A stretch of DNA of 64,000 nt from Octopus vulgaris (lineage: Eukaryota): the NCBI GenBank assembly GCA_951406725.2, contig OX597831.1, positions 52,762,001 through 52,826,000 on the forward strand, read 5' to 3'. Below are positions 42,793 to 54,454 of this stretch, piece after piece. A program made the translations under genes and the position numbers. Under the pieces are notes generated by a model that ran no database searches, was not told the origin of the DNA, and saw only the letters and a program-made list of their open reading frames with translations. Position 1 is the first letter of the stretch. Each line of letters begins with the position of its first letter.

Positions 42793-43439
42793 GTAAGATA
42801 TTTTAAAATGTCACTCCTGTCTAATGCTGCAGAATGTTAGAAATAGCATTCATATTTCTGTCTATTTACAATCTGAATTCAAATTGTGCTATGCTTGGTT
42901 TGAGCTTTTCTCCTTCCCATTGTTGATCAAGTAAATGTCACTCATGTGCTGAGATTATTTAATCAAGTATACACACTCCCCCAACAAATAAGTTTTAATC
43001 ATATACTAGGGCAGTTTAAACATGTGTATCGACTCCTCCAGCAAATAAGTATCAATCATAAAGTGGACTGATTTAATTAAGTATATCCATTCCCTCAACT
43101 AATAAATATGAGTCGTGTATTGGATGATTTAATGAAATATAAACATTACCTCCACAAATCATACACTGGGGTGATCTCATCAAATATACCCACTCCCTCA
43201 ACTAATAAATATCAGTTGTGTTTTGGGTAATTTAATCAAATATGCACATTCCTTCTATAAATTATATATTGGAATTATTTAATCAAATGTACCCACTCTC
43301 CCAGCTAATAAATGTCAGTCATGAACTGAGTGATTTAATCAAGTAAACACACTCCTCTGCAGTAAAAAAAAATCATTTAAGGAGATGCACTTGCATAGCA
43401 AGTGACCTGATCTGAGATCGTGTGCTGGAACAAAAACAG

Positions 43440-43719
43440 TTGCAGTGTGGAAGGTGTTTATAAGCCATTTAAGAAACACACAAAAAAACTGTTAGATTCA
43501 CTTCAACATTTAAATTTAATTTGCCAAAATTTTTTTGTCGCTTTGAGACTGCGACCTGTTCACTGACAAAATTCCGTGCTGCACAGAATTTTGTCAGTGA
43601 ACAGGTCGCGATCTCAAAGTGACGAAAAAATTTTGACAAATTAAATTTAAATGTTGAAGTGAATCTAACGGTTTTTTGTGTGTTTCTTAAATAACTTATA
43701 AACACCTTCCACACTGCAA
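43440..43719. mobile_element. 280-bp near-perfect palindrome, each arm carrying a hammerhead-like fold with GUGAACA core (probable inverted Penelope pLTR derivative)
   Basis: Arms 43440-43579 and 43581-43719 are reverse complements around 43580. Confidence 0.75.
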
Positions 43720-44753
43720 TATAATCATTGTTTCAAAGGAAGTAAAGTGATTGAAAATGTAAAATACTAGATAAACTGTTTAATGCTTTTCCTCTGCATT
43801 TTGAGTTCAGATCTCTTTCGTTTTTTATTATTCCTGGGTTAACAAGATAAGCTCACACACACGCACATGCACATGAACAGGCACAAGTATAGCTGTGTGG
43901 TTTAGAAGTGTAGCATAGAGGATGATGCACTGGAAGTGAGAGGGGAAATGACGTCACATGATGAAACAGGTGATTTAAGTGTGCTCTCTTTTGCAAGAGA
44001 AGTCAGTGAGGACAAATGTGCAAGTATGGGGGTGGGGGTGTCCTTGGGTATTCTGTCTACTGGCCAATAGGAGAGAGAATGTCTATGAGCCATACAGTAA
44101 ATTCTAGTCAGGCAGTTGAGGAATTCCTTTTTGGAGTTGTTTGCCAAGTCAAGGCAAGAGACATTTTTGTCCTTTACACTGCAAGAAGTTTGCTTTCAAA
44201 CTAAATGATTCTGGACTCAATCTCATTGCATCACACCAGAGACAAATGTCTTCTACTATAGTCTTAGGGGAAACTGAAGCCTAATGAGTGAAACTTAAAG
44301 GACAAGAACTGTGTGTATTAGCCCACCCAGAGGAAGTATTACTTTTCTTAGATGCTAGACTTAATCCATTACTTCTATAGCATTGAATTCGATCCCACAT
44401 TTTGCCACATAGAAATAACAGTTCAATCATGTGCACAAATGACATTTTATCCAATGAACAGCCATTGTTCAGGTAATAATTTTGGTGGTCTGACTAGAAC
44501 TTTCCATGAGCAAAGCCTACAAATACAGCCAAACTGAGTGCCAAAGATTCAGAGTATCTTGAGTCAAGTTGGTGTACACTCTCCTGGTAGCTGTGTTCAC
44601 AGCTACATATTCAACCTGGAATGATCTTTGAAGAAGACACACCACAACACCTGAATATGTATTTCAAATGTAAAAATTAGCTGAAATGTTGAGTTTCTAA
44701 CAAACACTTTCTGTATGTATCATATTGCAGTTTCATCTGAATGTTCCCATTAA

Positions 44754-44973
44754 CCCTTTCGCTACCAACCCGGCTGAAACCAGCTCTGGCTCTGAGTACG
44801 AAAGTCTTGTTTTCATAAGTTTTGAATTAAAACCTTCCACCAAACCTTAGTCACAGTTTATGTCCCCAACACTAGCTTAATGATAACTAAGTTATCTTAC
44901 TAAATTCTTTGTTGTATTTAAAGTAATTGAAAGAAACACAGAGCATCTCAAAATAAATACAGTAACGAAAGGG
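44754..44973. mobile_element. piggyBac-type (TTAA) MITE
   Basis: TTAA|CCCTTTCG...CGAAAGGG|TTAA. Related decayed copies near 22086-22573 and 56943-57155. Confidence 0.8.
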
Positions 44974-45683
44974 TTAATCATATTGCATGAAAACCATTCC
45001 TAATTATGTAACAAATAAATTATGTTCCAATATATAAAGAGTCTTTCCCTTATTACACTTCATTTAATACCTGTTTCTTGAGTGACTTAGGCAAAATCTA
45101 CTCAATTGCAAGTATTTAGATGAGATCTGTTTGGGGATAAATTCTTCCTTCATCCTTTTGTCCAATTTGTGTTGAAGGTTCTGAAAATACTCACAAGTGT
45201 GTTGCCTTTCCTCTTTTGATTAAGTCATTTAAAAAAAGTGACTAATACGGTTGACTAGACTCCCTCCTCTAGAAATATAGGTCCCCATGACAATATTTAT
45301 CTATTGAAAAGCAAAGTTGGGTTTGACACAATTTTAGCTCAAAACATTACTGACATATTTTTGGGGTTTTTTTCTTTTCTTTTTTTTTTTCTGGCACATT
45401 ATTGACTCAAGCGTCTCACTATAGTCATAGTTTAATAGTAGAAATGTTAAACATCTCTCAACAATTCTATTAAAAAATAATTTTTTTTAAATACTGAACA
45501 ATTAATCACTGGCATAATCAGACTAGTATTTTTATTGGGACAAGAGGATTGGTATTGCAGCCATGTGGCTTCAGGTTCAGTCCCACTGCACAGCACCTTG
45601 GGTAAGTGTCCTCTATTATAGCCCCATGCCAACTAATGCTCTATGTGTGAATTTGATAGACAGAAACTGTGTGAAAATCCACC

Positions 45684-45717
<34 letters not shown>

Positions 45718-45727
45718 GTGTGTGTGT

Positions 45728-45768
<41 letters not shown>

Positions 45769-46381
45769 CGTGTGTGTGTGTGCGTATGCGTGCATGCACA
45801 CATGTTTGTGTGTGTGTGCATCTTTATCTTTATGGTGGCGGTGACGGCGGTGGTGGTGGTGGTGACGACGGTGGTGGTGGTGGTGGCGGTGGTGGTGGTG
45901 GTGGTGGTGGTGGCCGTGGTGGTGGTGGTGGCGGTGGTGGTGGCGGTGGTGGTGGTGATGCTGTCATTTCTCATTTAGGGCCATTTGTAGCATGCTTGTG
46001 TAGCAGCCATTTAGCCCATTTGATAATATGTCAGTGTCCATGTTTCACTGCCATATAACAGCACTGATTCGACAGTTGCAATGAACAGCTTGATTTTGAT
46101 TTGCCTAAGAAATTTGGAGTCCCAGACCTTCTTTAGCTTGTGAGAGGGATGTCCTGCCTAAAGTCTTTTATCTTTGATCTTTTACTCGTTTTGGACATTG
46201 GATAATGGCCATACTGGGGCATCACCTTGATGCAAATTGACCCCAGGACTTATTTTCAAGCATGGTACTTATTCTATTGGTCTCTTTTGCTGAACCACTT
46301 AGTTATGAGGACATAAACATGCTAACACCTGTCGTGAACTGGTTGTGGGGAGAATAATCATTCAAGCTTTTTCCTTTTTAG

Positions 46382-46497
46382 GCCATGTTAAATTTAAAAG
46401 AAAGTACCCTGAAGTCTCAGAAGACCTGACATTTGAATCTGTTCGAGAATGCTTGTTAAATGGCTTTCCAGGTATTTTACCAGAACGGGATGCACAG
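46382..46497 (+). CDS. RLBP1: RLBP1-like exon 2 ((S)HVKFKRKYPEVSEDLTFESVRECLLNGFPGILPERDAQ)
   Basis: Acceptor ccttttag and donor gtgagt. 116 nt, phase 1/0. Matches YPE..L....V......G.PG.L..RD. Confidence 0.92.
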
Positions 46498-47777
46498 GTG
46501 AGTATTTACGACTTTTTGTCAGAATTTAAGTAACAAGAGGGTCTTAGAAACAAAGACAAATGATTTCACAGGTTGTTGTTGCTGCTGCAGCTGTTGCTGA
46601 GGAGGAGGAAGAGGAGGAGGAGGAGGAGGAGGAGGAGGAGGAAGAGGAGGAGGAAGGGGGAGGCGGCGGAGGAGGAGGTTTTCATTGAAAAACCTTGATA
46701 TGCTACTGAAACCATCCAAAAATGGCCTGATTTGAAGTACAGCATGGAATGGTAATAGTTTCAAAATTTGTAAAAAGTGAGCAGTTTTAAGGGGAGGAGG
46801 AAAGTTGATTACACTGACCCCCCAGTGTTCAAATGGTACTTATTTTATCAACACCAAAAGGATGAACAGCAAAAATGATATCGGCAGAATTTGAACCCAT
46901 AATAATAATAATCCTTTTTACTATAGGCAGAAGGCCTGAAACCTAGGGGAAAGGATCAGCTGACTACATCAACCCCAGTGCATAACTGGAATTTAATTTA
47001 TCCACCCTGAAAGTATGAAGGCAAAGTCAACCTCAGCAGAATTTGAACTCAGAACATAGCAGCAAGTGAAATATCGTGAAGTATTTTGCCTGGCATGCTA
47101 AATATTCTGCCAGCTCATGACCTTGTCTCATAATAAAAATAATAAGTATAATTACTCTTAATTTTGGTACAAGACCAGTTAATTTTGAGCAGGGGTTCTC
47201 AACCATCTTTTCTTTTAACTATGGACTCCTTTGATTTTTATTTTATTCTGGTGGACCCCCATAGCCATTCGGTGTTTAAAAACTAGTTTTAAAGAAACTT
47301 CTTTCAAAATTCCTATTTTGTTGTACACACATTAACTTATGTGGGTTGAACCAAATAAAATGTTAGGGAAAGAAATCTACTTGTTTCTTGCAATACATTG
47401 CAAAAAATACTTCCAAAGCAAAATTTTTTCAGGGGCCCTTAAAATACTGTGGATCCCCAAATTACTATCTCATTGCATGGATCCCCAAAAATCTTATACG
47501 GACCTTCAGGGGCCGTATGGACCCAGATTGAGAACAAATGATTTTGAGGGAAGGAGTAAGTCAATTACATCTGTCCCCCCGTCAAATCAACACTGCTTGT
47601 ACAGGTGCACAGTGTTCCACATGTCAGGAGCCAAAGTGATCACAGAACAACATGAGATGAAGTGTTTTGCTCAAGAACATAAAGCACTGTATAGTCTGGG
47701 AATTGAACCCACAACCTCACAATTGTAAGTGCAATACCTTAATCACTAGGCCACATGTCCTCACATTTATGTATGAA

Positions 47778-48322
47778 CTCGCAGGATAACCCGGCTTTGC
47801 CTGGGATTAAGTTAGGATTATTAAACTAATCAAGTTCTTTATTTCAAACCAAACTAAGTAACATCGACGTCAAATTTGAGCGAAATCTGTTGAAATTTGT
47901 TTATATATATATATATATGGGCAACACACACATACACACACGTATGTACATACACCTATTGCATACATGTTTTTTGTACACATACATGTTCATGTGTGTG
48001 TGTGTGAGTGTTGCCTGCATATCTACAAAGCACTTTTTTTCTTGATGGAAAAAAAACAATACTTGTCGCTAGAAGGGGACTTAACTCCTGTTTGCAAACA
48101 ATGGTGATTTTTCTGACTTGAAAATTGTTAAAAGTTTAGGTTGAAAATTTATTTTTACTGCTATTCACTGTTGCCTCTGGTAAAAATAAGTTGAAGAAAA
48201 TACAACTAGGATCATGATGAATGTCCTCCTAAAATTGGAGCAACAGGCATGCTAATTTGTGGACGTGCATAAATTACATTCACGCACACATACACACACA
48301 TCCTGCCTTTTATATATACAGA
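47778..48322 (-). mobile_element. Decayed non-autonomous Helitron in RLBP1-like intron 2
   Basis: TCtgtatatataaaag 5' end, cccggctttgcctggg hairpin, and CTAG mutated to CGAG. Confidence 0.55.
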
Positions 48323-48387
48323 TAAACATAATCACACACACACACACATGTCATGTAAACTCACTCGTTTTTCTTCTCTTAATTTAG

Positions 48388-48609
48388 GGATGTATTGTGC
48401 TGCTGTTCAGTATAGGGAACTGGGATCGAAACAAATTCCCTAACGATGTGGTATTGAGGTCTTATCTCTTTCTCTTGGACTATCTACTCCTGAATGAAGA
48501 AACTCAACTGAATGGCATAACTATTGTAGAGAACTTCAGGGATTACTCATTACTACAAGCACTGACAACTCGTCCCTCTGACATGAAGAAAATGGTCGAA
48601 AGCATACAA
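48388..48609 (+). CDS. RLBP1: RLBP1-like exon 3 (GCIVLLFSIGNWD...NEETQLNGITIVENFRDYS...SDMKKMVESIQ)
   Basis: Acceptor aatttag and donor gtaagt. 222 nt, phase 0/0. NEETQ.NG...ENF and SD..KMV...Q are CRALBP-type motifs. Confidence 0.93.
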
Positions 48610-49388
48610 GTAAGTAGACACATTGGTAATGCTTGACGTTTGCTCTCTCACACAGATAGATAAAGCTTATCTAATACCTAAAAATCATTCGACTTATCTC
48701 AGACTACTGATATTTTGGACCTCCATCCAAATAAATAGGTTATCCACTTGATAAATGAGTCACCACAATGTCACTCAGCTAATAGAAATAGCATCCAAAT
48801 TTTCCTCAAATCACACATTGCTGTCTTTAAAAAAAATTATGCTGTTATTTATAGCTGCTTGTCTGCTTCAAGATCCAACATTCCAAATAAAAATTATATC
48901 AGCGAATGATTTGAGGGAGATTTGGTCGCTATTTCTTGCAAATTGAGGGACTTGGTTGGTGATCTTTTGAATAAATGTTTCTGAAGTTGGGTTTCTAGTT
49001 GGGGAGGAAGTCTGAAAAAGAAAACGCTTTATTGTTCATATTGTTGTAGTCATTATTTAGCCCTTAGTCAGCCCTTGTCAAACAGACCTATGATCAGAGA
49101 CATTTCATTCATGACCATCCAGTTTTTTTTTTCTTTATGAGTATCCAAATTGACATTATCCAAAGTGCCTTTTTTTCCTTTCTTTAAGATGATTAGAAAT
49201 TATTTTAGAAAAATCTGACTGCTGTTTCTAGCAATTTAATATATCACTGAGAAGGTTCTATGCTTTGTGCTGCGATGATATTACTGGTAATGGTGATGGT
49301 GGTGATGCTTTGATTCCATACATGTTCATGTAATATACTTCTGCTTTTATGTTGCCCTTGCTAACTTTTTTTTTTTTTTTTTTTACAG

Positions 49389-49499
49389 GGAACATTTCCT
49401 TCTAGGTTTAAGGGAGCACACTTCATCTATCAGCCCTGGTTCTTTACTCACACCGTCAGGCTTATAAGGCCCTTTCTGAAGACAAAACTAGCCAGTAGG
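49389..49499 (+). CDS. RLBP1: RLBP1-like exon 4 (GTFPSRFKGAHFIYQPWFFTHTVRLIRPFLKTKLASR)
   Basis: Poly-T acceptor ttacag and donor gtaagc. 111 nt. FP.RFK..HF..QPW.F......PFLK.KL..R is the CRAL-TRIO core. Not in the ORF track because it is short. Confidence 0.93.
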
Positions 49500-49567
49500 G
49501 TAAGCATAGGGCATGGGTGCAAATTTATTCCTTGAAAATTGAAAACTGTCACACCCACACATGCACG

Positions 49568-49629
<62 letters not shown>

Positions 49630-50541
49630 GCATACTCTCTCACACACTATGCTCATACAAATACACTCTCTTGCACAGGCACACACATACCTATATGAAT
49701 ACATATGCATAATCACACATACAGCTACACAAACATACATACTTTTTTATCACTATTCTGTTTATCTGAGTCAAATGAAAGCGAGAGAGATTTTTGTGAA
49801 GTTACTTCTGTATAAAGATTTTTCTTGTGAGACACTAAATTTGTATGAGATAAAACAAACACTTTCATCATGAATTACGTCCCTTCCTATACTACATTAA
49901 AAATTATATTAATGAACTTATTGTACTATGCTACAACACATCAGTGAAAGTGACAAAACTGCAGGAACAGTACATAGAATATGCACAAGAAATGACCAGT
50001 AAGTAAGTCTTTAACCAAAAAAAAAAGGCATGGGGTACATTGGCAAATTTCATGAAGCATGGAAGTTTTGAAGGATGTGTCTTGACAGCTAACAGCTGAT
50101 GTGGGTAGTTCACTCCATGCTTCAGCAATTCTGAGTGTGCCTTTTTATGTCTTATTTTTTCAAATAATGGGAATTTTTACACCAATTTTCTTGTTTTGTA
50201 TTAAAAAAGGTGGAGTTTTATTGAATCATTTCCACTATTCAGAGTATCATTTTTAGTGTCAGACCCCTCTGACATATCAAATATTTTGTCTACATTGAAG
50301 TGAAGGCCACTTTTTGCAAAGAGAATATGAACCACTTTTAAATACTCAAAAGCTACCAAGTTTCTTCTGAGTAGTTAACCCTTTAGCATTTAAACCAGTC
50401 ATATCAAGCCAAAATATTGTTCAAAGTGGTCAGATTTGGACTCTCACACCAATTATATACATATATATATAAACATATACATACACACACATATACAGAC
50501 ATATACATCTATGTGCATACGTGTGTGTGTGTTGTTGTATG

Positions 50542-50609
<68 letters not shown>

Positions 50610-50772
50610 TATCTATCCACTTATCTTCTCTAAAAGATCACTTTCTCTAAAACTAGTATATGAACAATATTAAACTTTAAGGGTATAACAATTGCCCAAT
50701 GACAGATGTAGGACTCACCTTATATGATAGCAACACCTGAATATTGACAATCTTTCCTAATCTATTTCACAG

Positions 50773-50946
50773 GTATTTTTATATGGCTATGATCTCGAAC
50801 CTTTCTGGCGGTGTTTTAAACCTTCCCTGATTCCTGTTGATCTGGGTGGCAAAGGACCATGCTACGACCCCAAGCCAATGGTTGATGCTCTAGCTAAAGC
50901 AGTTGCTGAGAGAGAGCAAGTTACACAGAAGAAGAGCGCTGATTAA
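50773..50946 (+). CDS. RLBP1: RLBP1-like terminal exon 5 (VFLYGYDLEPFWRCFKPSLIPVDLGGKGPCYDPKPMVDALAKAVAEREQVTQKKSAD*)
   Basis: Acceptor tttcacag. VF..G.DL..F.......P.D.GG..P.YD motif. TAA at 50944-50946, giving a 289-aa spliced product. Confidence 0.92.
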   Translation, partial: VFLYGYDLEPFWRCFKPSLIPVDLGGKGPCYDPKPMVDALAKAVAEREQVTQKKSAD

Positions 50947-51153
50947 TTATTCTATGTTATTAACAAACATCAGTTATAATCTGTCTATTGTAAACATTAT
51001 TGTTATAAACACTATGTTGTTAATTCTCTTTTGGAACTGTGGTTCTCAAAACCAAATAAGGTTATAAATAATAGAAAAAGTCAAGTCCAGAGGCAGCCTT
51101 TGAATTTTTCAATCCAAAGGGGTTTTTGTAACTCAATATTTACACACTATTTA

Positions 51154-51827
51154 AGGTGGCAAGCTGGCAGAAATGTTAGAACACCAGGCAAAATGCTTAG
51201 CAGTATTTCATCTGTCTTTATGTTCTGAGTTCAAATTCCGCTGGGGTCAACTCTGCCTTTCATCCTTTCGGGGTCAATAAATTAAGTACCAGTTGCATAC
51301 TGGGGTTGATCTAATTGACTGCCCCCTCCTCCCCAAAAATTTCAGGCCTTATGCCTAGAGTAGAAAAGAATATTACAGACAACTAAGGCAGCAAGATGGC
51401 AGAAACGTTAGCACGCTAGGCAAAATGCTTAGCGGTATTTCATCTGTCTATGTTCTGAGTTCAAATTCCTCTGAGGTCGACTTTGCCTTTCATCCTTTTG
51501 GGGTCGATAAATTAAGTACCAGTTGTGTACTGGAGTTGGTCTAATCGGCTGGCCTCCTCCCCAAAAATTTTGGGCTTTGTGCCTAGAGTAGAAAAGAATA
51601 TTACAGACAACTAAGGCAGCAAGCTGGCAGAAACGTTAGCACGCTGGGCGAAATGCTTAGCGGTATTTCATCTGTCTTTATGTTCTGAGTTCAAATTCCT
51701 CTGAGGTCGACTTTGCCTTTCATCCTTTTGGGGTCGATAAATTAAGTACCAATTGTGTACTGGAGTTGGTCTAATCGACTGGCCTCCTCCCCAAAAATTT
51801 CAAGCCTTGTTTCCTAGAGTAGAAAAG
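51154..51827 (+). mobile_element. Tandem trimer of SINE family B with 19-bp TSD
   Basis: Three units of about 228 bp. AATATTTACACACTATTTA at 51135-51153 and 51828-51846. Confidence 0.8.
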
Positions 51828-52348
51828 AATATTTACACACTATTTATTCTGAGTTCAAATTCCGCCATGGAATTTACATTGTCTTTCATCTTCTCTGGGT
51901 CGATAAAATGAGTACATGTTGAGCCCTATGGATTGATGTAATCAACTTAACTCTTTCTATGAACATGCTGGCCTTGTACCCAAATTTGAAATCAATATCT
52001 ACATACTATTATATTCATAGCTTTATTTGCTTCAAGATCTACCATTCCAAAAAATAATTTATTCTGCATTCTCTTGAAAGTTTATAAATTCTAATGTTGT
52101 TAATAATGGTATTATTGTAAATGCTGTGATATTATTCTGAACTTTACAGTTGTATTGTAAACACTATTGCATTAGTGTAAACAATATTGTACATGCATTC
52201 CCTTATTTTTCTACCATGTGATTTAAGAAAAATCATTTTTTTTACAACACACTGGAGTCATTGCAGTATTAAAATGATTATTAATGATAGTCACAATGTA
52301 TAGTTTGACAGCTTTGCTGTTTGTGAAAACTTACTTTGCCTCATACTA

Positions 52349-52352
52349 AATA

Positions 52353-52354
<2 letters not shown>
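52349..52354 (+). terminator. Candidate polyadenylation signal (AATAAA) of the RLBP1-like gene
   Basis: AATAAA at the end of an AU-rich unique stretch about 1.4 kb after the stop, just before a microsatellite and RTE tail. Confidence 0.35.
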
Positions 52355-52391
<37 letters not shown>

Positions 52392-52921
52392 TCATCATCA
52401 TCATCATCGTTTAACATCCACTTTCCATGCTAGCATGGGTTGGACGATTTGACAGAGGTCTGGCAAACCAGATGGCTGCACCAGACTCCAATCTGATCTG
52501 GCAGAGTTTCTACAGTTGGATGCCCTTCCTAACGCCAACCACTCCAAGAGTATAGTGGGTGCTTTTACGTGCCACCAGTACGAAGGCCAGTCAGGCGGTA
52601 CTGGCAACAGCCACGCTCAAATGGTACTTTTTATGTGCCACCTGCATAGGAACCAGTCCAGCGGTACTGGCAACGACTTCGCTCAAATGTTTTTTCCCGT
52701 GCCACCAGCGCAAATGCCAGTAAGGCGACACAGGTAACAATCACACTCGAATGGTGCTTTTTACATGACACCAGTACGGAGGCCAGCTTGTTGCTCTGGC
52801 AACGATCACACTCATATGGTACTCTTAGCGCTCCACCAGCATGGATGCCAGTCATCGAATTTGATTTCGATTTCACTTGCCTCAACAGGTCTTCGCAAGC
52901 AGAGTTTAGTGTCCAATATAT

Positions 52922-53168
52922 ATATTATTTATTTAAGGTCACAATACATGTATTAAAGTGCTACTGATAGTTTCATATGTTGAGAGAACTCAAACATAGT
53001 CTTCAGGTGCAAACCATATATCATATCGAACTAAAGAAATTGAATAATAGAAGAAACGCGAAATAAACTGAGAAGGTTTGCACCTGAAGAATATGTTTGA
53101 GTTTTTGCAACAAATGAAACTATTAGTAGTGCTTTAATACATGTATTGTGACCTTAAATACATAATAT
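52922..53168. mobile_element. Inverted repeat (about 94-bp arms, 59-bp spacer), each arm a hammerhead-like motif (CTGAAGA...GAAAC...GTA)
   Basis: Arms 52922-53015 and 53075-53168. Confidence 0.7.
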
Positions 53169-53266
53169 TTATCTCTCACCAGAAGGAGTACTTTTTCTGT
53201 TGAATTTTCTTCATGGATCAGTATATTATATACATATATGTGTGTGTGTGTGTACACACATATATA

Positions 53267-53421
53267 CTTTATTTAAAAGCAGCAGAAATATCACAAAAAC
53301 TGTTACTCAGAGTTTCACGTTCCCGTTCGGCGGACAGTTTTCTAACAAAACTGTCCAACGAACAGGAACGTGAAACGCTAAGTAACAGTTTTTGTGATAT
53401 TTCTGCTGCTTTTAAATAAAG
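53267..53421. mobile_element. 155-bp palindrome with a hammerhead-like fold in each arm (inferred core CCGACGA)
   Basis: Arms 53267-53341 and 53347-53421 with a 5-nt loop. Confidence 0.7.
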
Positions 53422-54157
53422 CATATTACTCTACCTCTGGTATTTGAGTACTCTTTTCCACCTTGTTTCACATTTATGTGCTTACTCCGGTATATACATA
53501 TACATATATATATGTATGTATGTATGTAAATACACACACACACACACATATTTCTTTTGCAAAGCAATCAAATAAATGAAAAAAAAGAATGCATTGTTAT
53601 TTTTGTTCAAAATTATTTTTAAATTATTTAAAAGTATTTTTATATTATTACAAGTATTTAAATTTTTGCAAATCAATTATATTTTGTCACGAAATAAAAA
53701 CAATTGATTTTTTTTTTTCCAATGAAGCTTTATTTATCATTTTGTTTGAATGGTAGCAGCAGTTTCAAAAGAAGCTGTAAGAGTGTTGGTTGGGGAGTGT
53801 TAGCCTTATGTTAACACATATGAATGTAGGGATGCTATCGGTATAATACAAACAAGTTATAATGGGGAAGAAACAGTATGGTTAGATATAGCAACTGGAG
53901 AAATAACAATATCCACTGAAACCGTTAATCTCTCAACAGTTATGTCCATAATAGAATCCAGCTCAAATCAATCTTGTTAATGAGGCAAGGATGACATCGG
54001 TAATTAGCTGCTATTAAAACCCATCCTCTAATCATTCTGTACCATACCTTCAGTCCTGCTATATAATTCAAGTCAAACATCTTGAAATTTGTTCCTCTCT
54101 CTCTCTCTCTCTTTCATTACATTTTATCTTCCCCATCGATGTAGCAAAGATTTCATT

Positions 54158-54200
54158 TCATAATCGTGAAGGATTTCGTCTCTCAATGTTCGAGCGAGAA
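54158..54200 (-). CDS. Membrane-protein gene, terminal coding exon ((N)SRSNIERRNPSRL*)
   Basis: Acceptor tttatttccccag. Phase 2 fits the TM exon. TGA at 54160-54158 and AATAAA on the minus strand at 53734-53729. Confidence 0.6.
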
Positions 54201-54401
54201 CTGGGGAAATAAAACAAACTATTTCAATGAATGTAGATTGAAACATTTAAGCAAAGGGTCTGTTTTTTAGATTTTTGTTTTTTTACAGCTTCTTTAACCA
54301 AGAGAGAAAATCTTAAATATATTAGAAAACATCTGTGAACATAGATTGAAAATACTTATGGAACAGGATTCAATAGGACTGAAACTATGTGCCAGAAACT
54401 C

Positions 54402-54454
<53 letters not shown>

